This document shows, piece by piece, positions 30,048 through 39,661 of a DNA stretch of 62,867 nucleotides. A program made the translations under genes and the position numbers. The notes beneath the pieces are model-generated. The model worked only from the letters and a program-made list of their open reading frames with translations, was not told the DNA's origin and did no database searches. The DNA comes from Candidatus Uhrbacteria bacterium (GTDB lineage: Bacteria > Patescibacteriota > Patescibacteriia > UBA9934 > GWF2-40-263): the NCBI GenBank assembly GCA_016844925.1, contig JAERTI010000041.1, positions 1 through 62,867 on the forward strand, in the 5' to 3' direction. The number at the start of each line of letters is the position of its first letter. Position 1 is the first letter of the stretch.

Positions 30048-31091
30048 TTACCTTCTTTTAAAAAACTGAAGTATTTTGTTCTCCACTTTCCAAAAAAACA
30101 CCGTGCAAAGCAACTGCGCAAATCGCACAGTCGACCAGAGCGTGACCCGCTTGGGCACATACGCTCTGTCGCGCAACCGATCGACAATCTCCTGCGCAAA
30201 CTCTGCGTATGCATCTGCAGCCTTCTCAATCGAATACTCGGGAAGCTGCGCGCGGTAGTGATCGAGCTTCTTGGCAACAAGCTCAACCTTTTCGATAGCC
30301 TCATGAGGTAGGTCAAACACCTCTCCTCCATGAGCAACAAGCTCGGGATGCCCCCCATCGTTGAGTACAACTGCAGGAAGACCACTGGCAAGCGCCTCGA
30401 TGAGTGAGTTGGAACAGGGATCCGTCTTTGAGGCAGTAATGAAGATGTCGTGCTCTCGGAGCAAAGCACCGAGCTCCTGTGAACTTACCGGCTTAAGAGA
30501 CGTGATATTTTTAAACTCAATAGGACTATTTCCAACAAATGTCATGTCGAATTGATCGAAATCCAAATGCTCGTCGAGATACCGGTACACATCAAACCCC
30601 TTACGGGGGTTTGCCGACCAACTGGTGGCAATAAGCCGCACCTTCTCACCAACGGGGCGATCATCTGTTGGATAAAATAATACTCCGTCAGGAGCGTTAT
30701 AAACCGTCACCTCATGAGGGGCCGATACACGAAACAACGTCTTATTCTGCTCACGCGACCAATCAGACTGATACACCACACCATCAACAAACACCTTCGC
30801 GAAAAGTGCAATCACTTTATCAAGCACGCGATCCTTTCCTCGAATTAAAGAGATTGGCCCATCCAAACGATAAACAATCACCTTTTCTGGAAACTGACGC
30901 TTAAGACGGTAGAGCTCAAGAAAAAAACGCTCTGCACGAAACGGATAGCTGTTGAAAATTACAACATCAGCATCCTCAGGATTCTCTACATACCTCCCAC
31001 GCTTTTGTAACTGCCCACGCAATGCTTTTAGGAATTGATTCCCACCGCCCCATGGCCCCTCTCGAAAATTAAAAAGTATATGAACCTTCAT
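30048..31091 (-). CDS. Glycosyltransferase family 4
   Basis: GPWGGGNQF, RKGFD, DPCSNSLIEALASGLP. Confidence 0.85.
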   Translation of the reverse strand: MKVHILFNFREGPWGGGNQFLKALRGQLQKRGRYVENPEDADVVIFNSYPFRAERFFLELYRLKRQFPEKVIVYRLDGPISLIRGKDRVLDKVIALFAKVFVDGVVYQSDWSREQNKTLFRVSAPHEVTVYNAPDGVLFYPTDDRPVGEKVRLIATSWSANPRKGFDVYRYLDEHLDFDQFDMTFVGNSPIEFKNITSLKPVSSQELGALLREHDIFITASKTDPCSNSLIEALASGLPAVVLNDGGHPELVAHGGEVFDLPHEAIEKVELVAKKLDHYRAQLPEYSIEKAADAYAEFAQEIVDRLRDRAYVPKRVTLWSTVRFAQLLCTVFFWKVENKILQFFKRR

Positions 31092-32155
31092 AACAGAGGA
31101 GCATAAAGTTCATTATAGTATCTCATTGCAACAGAAGACCATGTGAAGTCTTGAACTCGATTTAATCCGGCTCTGGACAAAGAACTTCTTTGATCTATAT
31201 TCTCCACCAGTTGTTCAATATGCCTACTTAAAAGTGAAACATCTTCACTATCAGCCAACAACACATCCTCTTTATTAACACAGATATCTGCAACCATACC
31301 CACTTTTGTTGACACCACCGGTATTCCAGATGCCCATGCTTCAAGTATGGCTTTTGGGCCTCCTTCAACACGGGAGGAAATAAGATACATATCTAAAGCA
31401 TGATATAAACATGATAATTCAGCAAAATCTTTTACGTACAAGTGTTTATACTCAATTTTCTCTGCTTCCAACCTTTTTTTAACGTACCCACGGGAGGGGC
31501 CAGTTAACAACACAAGTGGTTTTAGGTGCTTTACCTTAATCATAGTTTCAACAAAAACATCTGGTCCTTTCACATACTTTGGCTTCAAACCTTCCCCCCA
31601 ACCCTCTCCATCTTTTTGAAATGACCCAACGACAAAACGATTTTGTGGAACTCCCAATCTCTCCCTAACACTGGATCTACTTTTGGCATTCACAGGTCTA
31701 AATAAGTTTGTATTAACCCCAAGGGGAATAACTCTAATTTTTGACTCATTAACACCTGCCGCTATCAAAGTTTTTTTTGTCGTAAGACATGAGGTGTGAA
31801 TGAATTTAAAAAAAACTTGTGCATGTCTAACTTGTTTCAATCGAGGGTCACCTGGCGCGACATGAAACCAAGTAAGCACTGCTGAATTTGATGGATGAAT
31901 AGATTCCGAAAAATCGTTTCGGAAAAATGTACCCACAGAGCCAAAGTGAATTATTTGGCCACGGACCCCCATTGGAGAATACGAAATCCCAGCATGTAGA
32001 CTCCCAAGGTCATTTAATGCGCCAGTAATTTCCAGTCCATCCTGACGAATGCTCCACCCCCGACCATCGACAACATAAGTCAACGAATTACCAACTACGT
32101 TAGAAAGCCCATTTCTTATCAATGAACTCGCCACTTGCCACTGTCGACCAAGCAT
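31088..32155 (-). CDS. Glycosyltransferase family 4 (AT-rich)
   Basis: GSFQKDG, KGPD, SRVEGGPKAILEAWASGIPVVST. Confidence 0.87.
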   Translation of the reverse strand: MLGRQWQVASSLIRNGLSNVVGNSLTYVVDGRGWSIRQDGLEITGALNDLGSLHAGISYSPMGVRGQIIHFGSVGTFFRNDFSESIHPSNSAVLTWFHVAPGDPRLKQVRHAQVFFKFIHTSCLTTKKTLIAAGVNESKIRVIPLGVNTNLFRPVNAKSRSSVRERLGVPQNRFVVGSFQKDGEGWGEGLKPKYVKGPDVFVETMIKVKHLKPLVLLTGPSRGYVKKRLEAEKIEYKHLYVKDFAELSCLYHALDMYLISSRVEGGPKAILEAWASGIPVVSTKVGMVADICVNKEDVLLADSEDVSLLSRHIEQLVENIDQRSSLSRAGLNRVQDFTWSSVAMRYYNELYAPLL

Positions 32156-32161
32156 ACCAAC

Positions 32162-32800
32162 TTATGATGTTTTTACGGTGGCCCATATCTCACCGAATTG
32201 AATAGAGTAAGACTCAATCTGATACCCCGCCTCTTCTAACTCCTGAGAGAATACTTCAAACGTGTACTCAATAAAATGCGTGGGGTCACACTTCCAATAC
32301 ATCCCAAGCTCCTTTTTATAGAGTGTCACCCAATCGCGATTAATCATTGGGACACGCAAAAGAAATTTCGATGCCAATGGCTTGATGCGACGCAGAAATA
32401 TCTGACGATCCTCAATGTGCTCAAGCACATTGGAAAGCAGCACAACATCGAATGTCTTTCCAAAATCAAACGTGGTCGCATCACCTAAGTGATACGTAAT
32501 GTTCTCACGTCGATAACGTCCATTCCAATAGGACTGATATTTTGGATGAATCTCGATTCCTTCAACAGAAGCCGCTTTCCCGGCCACATCATATGCAAGA
32601 GAACCATTGCCACATCCAATATCCAGGACGCGATCTTGAGAATCAACACGATCGACAAAAAAATCATGGTATCGCATGAGACGATGCTTAGGATGGAGTC
32701 CTCCTTCTGCTCTCACGGCACAGAACCCAAGCCACCTGTAGGCAAACGAATGAATCCTCAAAAGTATCCGCGTGAGATGTTTAAATACGTACGTTTTCAT
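32162..32800 (-). CDS. Class I SAM-dependent methyltransferase
   Basis: VLDIGCGNG, FDVVLLSNVLEHI. Confidence 0.87.
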   Translation of the reverse strand: MKTYVFKHLTRILLRIHSFAYRWLGFCAVRAEGGLHPKHRLMRYHDFFVDRVDSQDRVLDIGCGNGSLAYDVAGKAASVEGIEIHPKYQSYWNGRYRRENITYHLGDATTFDFGKTFDVVLLSNVLEHIEDRQIFLRRIKPLASKFLLRVPMINRDWVTLYKKELGMYWKCDPTHFIEYTFEVFSQELEEAGYQIESYSIQFGEIWATVKTS

Positions 32801-33936
32801 ACAGTAAGTTCTTGATAAAGTTTGTGTTCGCGATGGACTACACGCTCTAACGCATAGTCTTGCAACATCATCTTGCGTGCCTGCTCACCAAGTCTTCGTC
32901 GATGCTCCTCATTATCAAAGAGCTGTTCTATCGCTTCACGCAAGCTCGCGCTGTCCGTTGTTGCGAGCAACCCATCCTTCTCATGCGTAATCACCCCCGC
33001 AATCCCGTTTACATCTGTGCCGATCGCGGGCATGCCACACGCCATAGCCTCGAGCAATACCTTTGGGTGACCTTCATACAGAGACGGGAGGATAAACACC
33101 TCACACCGCTGCATGGCCTCAGGGAGCTGCTCATTCGGCACCCTTCCATGAAACGTCGCTTTCACACTTCGATCTTTTACCAACATGCGTAGTTCATCTT
33201 CCAGAGGGCCTTCACCATACAAATGAAGATGTGTATCAAGACCTGAGAGAGCCTCGATCAGATTGTGAAGGTTTTTCTGCTCAGCAAGTCGTCCGACAAA
33301 ACACAGGCTCCGCGACTGCCTCTGTACCTCTGGCATGGGCCTAAAGAGATCTGTGTCGATGTAATTCCCAATGATCTGCACACGTGGATCATCCATGGCG
33401 ATTCCAAACTGCTCGTGAATAAACTGATGCATGTGCCCGGCCGTCAGTACGATGGCGTCAGCCGCTTGGTACACCCTACGCTCAATCCAGCTGATGAGCT
33501 TGATCCGCCAAGGGTGTACCCCCTTACGCATCGACGCCTGTAACCACTCGTACCCGCAGCGCACGATGAGCTTCTTACGATAGAGACGTTTGGCAATCAT
33601 CGCCGCAAACCCTCCCTTCATCTGGTTCGTCTTGTACACGTCCGCTTCTCGACAGTACTTTCGTGTTAGAAACGGGAGAGCCAACATGTAGAGCAAGCTC
33701 GGTAGCGGTAGCAACTTTGGAACGACGACAATATTCCCCGCAAGCCTGTCTTGGTATCGCAGGTCATCAGATGAGCCGTAGGTAAAAAAATAGATCCGTC
33801 GCAGATGCGGGGCCAGCTCGTTATAGAGGGCAATCTCTCGAGAAAGATTTCCCACCTCGTCCCAGCGCTTGAGGGAAACACCACGGGTGAAAAACAACGC
33901 AAGGGTCAACATTTCTCGTTGTGAATCCGTATTCAT
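32797..33936 (-). CDS. Glycosyltransferase family 4
   Basis: FVGRLAEQKN, LPSLYEGHPKVLLEAMACG. Confidence 0.9.
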   Translation of the reverse strand: MNTDSQREMLTLALFFTRGVSLKRWDEVGNLSREIALYNELAPHLRRIYFFTYGSSDDLRYQDRLAGNIVVVPKLLPLPSLLYMLALPFLTRKYCREADVYKTNQMKGGFAAMIAKRLYRKKLIVRCGYEWLQASMRKGVHPWRIKLISWIERRVYQAADAIVLTAGHMHQFIHEQFGIAMDDPRVQIIGNYIDTDLFRPMPEVQRQSRSLCFVGRLAEQKNLHNLIEALSGLDTHLHLYGEGPLEDELRMLVKDRSVKATFHGRVPNEQLPEAMQRCEVFILPSLYEGHPKVLLEAMACGMPAIGTDVNGIAGVITHEKDGLLATTDSASLREAIEQLFDNEEHRRRLGEQARKMMLQDYALERVVHREHKLYQELTV

Positions 33937-33962
33937 GGCAAGATTGTAGCACCCCTACCCCC

Positions 33963-35114
33963 ATGCTACAATCACCTAAATTTACAGAAAAACATCTGAA
34001 ACTTCTTTATTTCATTACCAAATCTGAAGGGGGCGGAGGCGCGCAAACGCACGTGATGCAGCTGGCGCGTTTTATGGTAAGCCAGGGGCACGAAGTGGCG
34101 ATTATGTCTCAACCCGGAGGTTGGCTTACAGAGCGTGCACAGGAGCTTGGAGTGACGTATTTTGTGAACCCTCACATTGGCAACACCTTAAGCCCCCTAC
34201 GACTCTGGCGTGCTGGACAGACTCTTACCCAAGCCATCAAAACCTTCGCACCTGACCTGATTAGCTGTCACAGCACCATCGCCGGCCTCGTGGGACGGTT
34301 TACTGTACGTGGTCGCATACCAACCGTCTTCACGGCACACGGCTGGGGATTTGCTCCCGGCATTCCACAACCACGCCGCGCACTCGTCGCACTGGCTGAG
34401 AGACTCGCTGCCCCCAAGACAGAAACGATCATCTGCGTCAGTGACTACGATCGTCAGCTCGCACTCTCTACCGGCGTAGGCACGCCCGCTCAACTGATGA
34501 CGATCCATAACGGTGTTGAAGAGATTGCTTCGCTGCAACAAAAGATTGAGGCTCGCAATGACGAAGGGGAAGACATGGTTAGCGCACTCTTCGTCGGCCG
34601 CCTCGCTCGACAAAAGGATCCTTTCGTCCTTGTCCGAGCTGTTGCTGCGCTTGCACAAGACACCCGCGCAAAGCTTGAACTCACGATTATCGGAAATGGC
34701 CCTCTTGAAACACCCACACGCGACTTGATCGCCAGTCTCAAACTAGAGAACACCATCACCCTGTTGCCACGACTCGAACGTCGAGACCTCTTTGCTCGAT
34801 ATACCGCATCAGACCTCTTCATCCTCACCTCTCACTGGGAAGGTCTTCCTCGATCCATTCTTGAGGCCATGGCCCACAATCTTCCCATCATCGCCACAGA
34901 CGTCGGTGGCGTTGCTGAAGCTGTGGGAGATGATGCCGGACTTCTGGTTCCTGAAAATCATCAAGGCGCTCTCACCCAAGCGCTGAAACGACTTGTCTCC
35001 GACAAGAAGCTGCGACACCAGATGGGTGCTGCTGGTCGTACCAAAACCCTCGGAGCATTTTCTCTCAAGAGGATGTGCGAGAAAACGGAAGAAGTCTACA
35101 AAGCCATCGTTTGA
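33963..35114 (+). CDS. Glycosyltransferase family 4
   Basis: GGAQTHV, FTAHGW, VGRLARQKD, SHWEGLPRSILEAMA. Start uncertain (ATG 33963 or slightly downstream). Confidence 0.88.
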   Translation: MLQSPKFTEKHLKLLYFITKSEGGGGAQTHVMQLARFMVSQGHEVAIMSQPGGWLTERAQELGVTYFVNPHIGNTLSPLRLWRAGQTLTQAIKTFAPDLISCHSTIAGLVGRFTVRGRIPTVFTAHGWGFAPGIPQPRRALVALAERLAAPKTETIICVSDYDRQLALSTGVGTPAQLMTIHNGVEEIASLQQKIEARNDEGEDMVSALFVGRLARQKDPFVLVRAVAALAQDTRAKLELTIIGNGPLETPTRDLIASLKLENTITLLPRLERRDLFARYTASDLFILTSHWEGLPRSILEAMAHNLPIIATDVGGVAEAVGDDAGLLVPENHQGALTQALKRLVSDKKLRHQMGAAGRTKTLGAFSLKRMCEKTEEVYKAIV

Positions 35115-35128
35115 TATACTAGAGCCAT

Positions 35129-36493
35129 ATGTCCCAGGAGGAACGACTACAACAACTGCTACGAGAACAAGACTCACTCTTTTGGATTGAAGATTTTCTT
35201 ACCGAGCACCCAGAGGCAGGACTCTATCTTGTTGGCGGCGCTGTACGCGACGGCCTCCTTGGTCGCAAGATGCGCACGATCGATTTTGATTTCGTTATTA
35301 AGGGCCTCGCCCCAGAACGAATCGAAAGCTGGTTCGGCGCTTTTGGAAAACTCTCCCTCGTGGGCCAGAACTTCGGTGTCTATAAATTTCTCCCCACAGG
35401 ATTTACCACAGAACAAATCGAGTTTATCGATATCGCCCTCCCACGAACCGAAGCTGTTTCTAGTGGGGCCTTAGGGGGCTATAAAGACTTCGACATTCAG
35501 TCCGACCCAAACCTCTCGATCGAAGATGACCTCGCACGCCGAGACTTCACCATCAACGCCATGGCATTTGATCTTCGTGAAAAGGTGCTTGTAGATCCCT
35601 TCAATGGACAGATCGATCTGGAGGACCGCCGCATCCGCGCCGTAGGCAACCCAGCCGAACGCTTCCAGGAAGACCTCTCTCGCATGCTCCGTGCACTGCG
35701 CTTTGCCGCAGAACTACATTTCGATATAGAAGAGACCACCTCGCAAGCCATCATCAATCACATCGCGGAAGTAAACCGACTCAAAGAACAGGATGGGAAA
35801 CAGGTCTTCGTCGTACCGCGCGAAACCATCGGTGCTGAACTTGCCAAGGCCCTGAGTCGATCACCTGTACGTGCCATCAAAGAATTCGTCCGCCACAATG
35901 TTCTCGCCACACTCCTTCCCGACATCCAACGCATTGTAGAAGTCGACCAACGTTACCTCGATCCCCTCTGGGAAGTGCGAGCTGGAGAAGCAACCGTTAC
36001 ACTCGCCCTACTGCTCCGCGGTCTCTCTTACGAGACCCTGCGCGAAGCCGTGCGCTTCACAGGTCTAGGAACGCTCCCGCGAGATTCTGCACGACGCATC
36101 AACCCAGACCTTGTTGTCTGGCTCGTCGACCGACTTCACACAGGCCTTACTCCACAAGTGATCGATGAGATGCCGGCGAGTGCCTTTGAAAAACAATTCA
36201 TGAACGGGAAAGGCGAACTCTTGAATCGCTCCCTAGAACTTCTTGGCCACGGGGATGTCGCTCAGAGCGCGCGTGACAGACGTCAAAACATCGAGAGTCG
36301 CTGGCTCGTTGACTCTGATGAGAGCATCGCCCCACTTGTCTCTGGTAACGACGTCTTAAGCGCTGGTATCGAAAGCGGACCTAAAGTGCGCCTCGCGCTG
36401 GACCACATCCGAAGTTTGCAGCTAGATGGCAAACTCATGACGAGAGAAATGGCCCTCCGAGAACTAAAGCAATATAAAAACACCCAGGACTAG
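35129..36493 (+). CDS. cca: Class II tRNA nucleotidyltransferase (CCA-adding/poly(A) polymerase family)
   Basis: LVGGAVRD, DFD, DLARRDFTINAMA, EDLSRMLRALRF, RETIGAEL. No HD domain evident. Confidence 0.85.
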   Translation: MSQEERLQQLLREQDSLFWIEDFLTEHPEAGLYLVGGAVRDGLLGRKMRTIDFDFVIKGLAPERIESWFGAFGKLSLVGQNFGVYKFLPTGFTTEQIEFIDIALPRTEAVSSGALGGYKDFDIQSDPNLSIEDDLARRDFTINAMAFDLREKVLVDPFNGQIDLEDRRIRAVGNPAERFQEDLSRMLRALRFAAELHFDIEETTSQAIINHIAEVNRLKEQDGKQVFVVPRETIGAELAKALSRSPVRAIKEFVRHNVLATLLPDIQRIVEVDQRYLDPLWEVRAGEATVTLALLLRGLSYETLREAVRFTGLGTLPRDSARRINPDLVVWLVDRLHTGLTPQVIDEMPASAFEKQFMNGKGELLNRSLELLGHGDVAQSARDRRQNIESRWLVDSDESIAPLVSGNDVLSAGIESGPKVRLALDHIRSLQLDGKLMTREMALRELKQYKNTQD

Positions 36494-36506
36494 CCTGGGT
36501 GTTTTT
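36476..36506. terminator. Bidirectional intrinsic terminator between convergent genes
   Basis: AAAAACACCCAGG-actag-CCTGGGTGTTTTT perfect inverted repeat. Confidence 0.8.
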
Positions 36507-36513
36507 TCTATGT

Positions 36514-37065
36514 CTATTCAACGATTGTTCGAATCTGTAGGTAAGAGCAATCAAGTCCCTCATGAAAACACACATCAAAGGCACCTCCATGGTCACCGGC
36601 AGTCAATGCCTCCAGCTCAAATGTTACGGCATAGGTCTGCCCAGCAGGAACTGTCTCTTTGAAATAGTGTGTCATGGTTCCATCGTCCAAAGAGAAACTC
36701 TGTGAGTACTCTGGTGTTGTAGATACGATGGCGACCCCATCGAGATACGCCTCAGAGACGTCGATACTATGAAGGAACTGATCTTGCGTGGTGTTGTTTG
36801 TTACCGTGGCAATCACCTCAAACCTCTCCCCTACTGTGGCACGCAGTGGCGCATCAACCTTTGACTGAAGACCATCTGGCATCACATAATCATCCTCTTC
36901 CAGCTCTTCCTCGACATAACTGTAGTCATCCTCATACTCATCGTATGTTTCGAAAGTAGAATCCGTCGCCGTATCGCCATCCAAGAAAAAATTCGATGGG
37001 CTCGTGCACCCAGCGCCCATGAGAAGAAACGCGAGAGCAATAAGCGGGAGAGAAAACTTTGTCAT
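36514..37065 (-). CDS. Acidic putative lipoprotein with Ig-like/DUF11-like domain
   Basis: Start revised to ATG 37065 (MTKFSLPLIALAFLLMGAGC, lipobox); the longer track ORF runs over tRNA-Val. Confidence 0.75.
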   Translation of the reverse strand: MTKFSLPLIALAFLLMGAGCTSPSNFFLDGDTATDSTFETYDEYEDDYSYVEEELEEDDYVMPDGLQSKVDAPLRATVGERFEVIATVTNNTTQDQFLHSIDVSEAYLDGVAIVSTTPEYSQSFSLDDGTMTHYFKETVPAGQTYAVTFELEALTAGDHGGAFDVCFHEGLDCSYLQIRTIVE

Positions 37066-37140
37066 AACATTGATTCCATTTAAGTGCCCTGAGCATATCT
37101 CGTCATCCAAGAACAAACAAGCTTCTTCCGTGCAGAAACA

Positions 37141-37171
37141 AAAAACACCCAGAACAAGTCTGGGTGTTTTT
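37141..37171 (-). terminator. Intrinsic terminator directly after tRNA-Val
   Basis: AAAAACACCCAGA-acaag-TCTGGGTGTTTTT. Confidence 0.8.
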
Positions 37172-37247
37172 GGTGGACGTACGTGGATTCGAACCACGGA
37201 CCTCCACAATGTCAATGTGGCGCTCTAACCAACTGAGCTATACGTCC
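37171..37247 (-). tRNA. tRNA-Val(GAC)
   Basis: Cloverleaf GGACGTA/TACGTCC, anticodon arm CCACA-TTGACAT-TGTGG, TTCGAAT, encoded CCA. Confidence 0.95.
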
Positions 37248-37316
37248 GTTTGTCACAAAATGAAAAGTACCTGTAACGGTGAGGATTGTATTTCAGGGCA
37301 CACCGATCGTCAAGAT

Positions 37317-37769
37317 CTAGAAGAACTTACTCTTGGGATGTGTGGGCTCTTCCTGCTTGGGCTCTGGCCCATCCACCTCGGGCTCAAGAACAATCCATGG
37401 CTTGGTCTTTGCCTTTGAGAGCGACATGATAATGAATCCCCCTATCGTTAGAATCAGTGCGCCCGCGAGGAATGCGCCAAGGATTGTTGCAAATCCACAC
37501 CCAAACACCGCTGTAACTTTCTCGGCATTATTACCTGCCATGGCCAAACATTCACTCACAGCATCCTCAGATTGCTTGATCCCAACAAACGCCGCCCCTA
37601 CGCCAGTAAAAAACGCCAAAACACTAAATAAGCAGCTAAATCTCACTTTTCGCAATCTCCCAAGACGAGCAATGGTAATCACAGCAAAGAAAACCCCTCC
37701 CAGAATCCAATACACGAGAAACCAAAGGATCGACAAAACGATGAGAAATGAGGTAATTTGTGCATCCAT
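37317..37769 (-). CDS. Hypothetical membrane protein (about 3 TM)
   Basis: Hydrophobic ORF; ATG 37769 lies 9 nt after TGCTATACT. Confidence 0.7.
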   Translation of the reverse strand: MDAQITSFLIVLSILWFLVYWILGGVFFAVITIARLGRLRKVRFSCLFSVLAFFTGVGAAFVGIKQSEDAVSECLAMAGNNAEKVTAVFGCGFATILGAFLAGALILTIGGFIIMSLSKAKTKPWIVLEPEVDGPEPKQEEPTHPKSKFF

Positions 37770-37827
37770 ATCACCTGTAGTATAGCATGCAGCGTGGCTC
37801 GTCAATGCTATACTAGATATGAATTAT

Positions 37828-37903
37828 GGGCGTGTAGCTCAACGGTTAGAGCGCCAAGCTTATACCTTGGTGGTTCCTGGTTCGAGTCCAGGCACGCCTA
37901 CCA
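37828..37903 (+). tRNA. tRNA-Ile(UAU), rare anticodon
   Basis: 76-nt cloverleaf, anticodon arm CCAAG-CTTATAC-CTTGG, TTCGAGT, A73 and CCA; TGCTATACT promoter at 37806-37814. Confidence 0.92.
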
Positions 37904-37910
37904 AACATCT

Positions 37911-38081
37911 ATGCCATTTCTCTTTATTGGAATCCTTTTACTCGGAGTAGGAATTTACTTTCTTCGAGAAGCGATAAAAACTGAAGACAAGGAAGGTATC
38001 GTTGGACTTACAGCCATCATTATCGCGGCCGTGATTATGATCCTGTTCTACGGTCTGTTTTACTCACTCACTATTCCCTAA
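37911..38081 (+). CDS. Small 2-TM membrane protein (56 aa)
   Basis: MPFLFIGILLLGVGIYFLRE...GIVGLTAIIIAAVIMILFYGLF; ends 2 nt before rluD. Confidence 0.7.
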   Translation: MPFLFIGILLLGVGIYFLREAIKTEDKEGIVGLTAIIIAAVIMILFYGLFYSLTIP

Positions 38082-38083
38082 CT

Positions 38084-38998
38084 ATGCCAACGACCGTCAT
38101 TACAGCTGAAGCAGCGGGCCAGCGATTGGATCGTTTTTTGGTTTCGCAAATGGAAACCTCGCGCGCACAAATTCAGAAACTGATTAAAGCTGGGGAGGTG
38201 AAAGTAAATGACCAACCGGCTCTTACCAAAACCCTCTTAGAGGAAGGCGACCAGATCTTCTTTCCAGAAATTGAACTCGCCGCTCCAGAAAAAACCGACC
38301 CGCCGCCGATCCTCGATATCGTGTACCAAGACGACGACCTACTCGTCATCAACAAACCTGCGGGCCTACTTGTACATGACGCCACAGAACGAGAGACGCG
38401 ACCGACCGTCGTCGACGGTCTTCTCGAGGTCTTCCCGTCGATCGCTGAAGTGGGAGACAATCCCACACGCCCCGGCATTGTGCATCGACTCGATAAAGAC
38501 GTTTCGGGACTCATGGTCATCGCCAAGACTCAAGAGGCCTTTGATCATCTAAAGAAGCAGTTCCAAGATCGCACGGTCAAAAAAGAATATCTCGCCCTAG
38601 TCTACGGAGAACTTCCAAAACCAGACGACACCATTTCCCTCAAGATCGCTCGCTCGAAAGCACGAGGTCGCATGGTGGCGCGCACGGGAGATCAAGAAGG
38701 AAAAGAAGCTGTTACGGAGTATACCGTTGTTCAACGCCATGCCTTCACTACGTACGCACGTGTCAGAATTCTCACAGGACGCACGCACCAAATCCGCGTA
38801 CACATGATGGCGATTGGTCACCCTCTTGTGGGCGACAAGCTCTACAAAATCAAAACGCTCAAGAAAAAACCCATGGACTTGGATCGCATCTTCCTTCATG
38901 CCACGCGCCTGGAAATCAAGCTCCTCGACGGCACACCGATGAAATTCGAGTCTCCACTCCCTACTGAACTTCAAGCCATTCTTCGATCGCTCAAATAA
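38084..38998 (+). CDS. rluD: RluA-family 23S rRNA pseudouridine synthase with S4 domain
   Basis: RLDRFL S4 domain, NKPAGL, GIVHRLDKDVSG, TGRTHQIRVH, GDKLY. Confidence 0.9.
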   Translation: MPTTVITAEAAGQRLDRFLVSQMETSRAQIQKLIKAGEVKVNDQPALTKTLLEEGDQIFFPEIELAAPEKTDPPPILDIVYQDDDLLVINKPAGLLVHDATERETRPTVVDGLLEVFPSIAEVGDNPTRPGIVHRLDKDVSGLMVIAKTQEAFDHLKKQFQDRTVKKEYLALVYGELPKPDDTISLKIARSKARGRMVARTGDQEGKEAVTEYTVVQRHAFTTYARVRILTGRTHQIRVHMMAIGHPLVGDKLYKIKTLKKKPMDLDRIFLHATRLEIKLLDGTPMKFESPLPTELQAILRSLK

Positions 38999-38999
38999 T

Positions 39000-39569
39000 A
39001 TGAAAGGACGTCTCTACATTTTGACCGGCCCTAGTGGCGTTGGGAAAACAACTGTTGCCAAGGAATTACTTGCACGACGATCTTCTTTGAAAAAAGTCGT
39101 CACGTGTACTACACGCCCCCCTCGTGAGGGGGAAGTAGATGGCACGGCCTATCACTTCCTTGATGAAAAAACCTTCACGGACCAAATCGAACGCGGCGAG
39201 ATGTTTGAATGGGCGAAGGTCTACAACACATATTACGGCTCACGTACATCCGACGTAGAAGCTCTACGCGAAACCGGTGCCGACGTCCTATTCGTCATCG
39301 ACGTGCAGGGAGCACGAGCCATTCAGCAAGAGAACCCTGACGCGATCATTATCTTCCTTACTGCTGAAAGTGAAGAAGCGATCCTGAATCGTATCGACAA
39401 GCGAGACCAAGGAAAGACCGTAAACCTGGAAGCACGTAAAGAGGCCTATGACGATGAAATCGCCTTTGGTGAGACCATCGAGCACAAAATTCTCAACAAA
39501 ACAGGGGCTCTAGATGAGACCCTCTCAGCCATCGAAACGCTCATGGAGAGTCTTGACGAGAAATCCTAA
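39000..39569 (+). CDS. gmk: Guanylate kinase
   Basis: GPSGVGKT, TTRPPREGEVDG-x2-YHF, EWAKVY-x3-YG, IDVQG. Confidence 0.95.
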   Translation: MKGRLYILTGPSGVGKTTVAKELLARRSSLKKVVTCTTRPPREGEVDGTAYHFLDEKTFTDQIERGEMFEWAKVYNTYYGSRTSDVEALRETGADVLFVIDVQGARAIQQENPDAIIIFLTAESEEAILNRIDKRDQGKTVNLEARKEAYDDEIAFGETIEHKILNKTGALDETLSAIETLMESLDEKS

Positions 39570-39661
39570 TTTCGCTATAGTCTCGCCGTATTTAAGCGCT
39601 TATCTACGAACGCTGATCCTTCACGGATGCGGTCCTCTAGAAAGTGACATAAGAAAAAACT

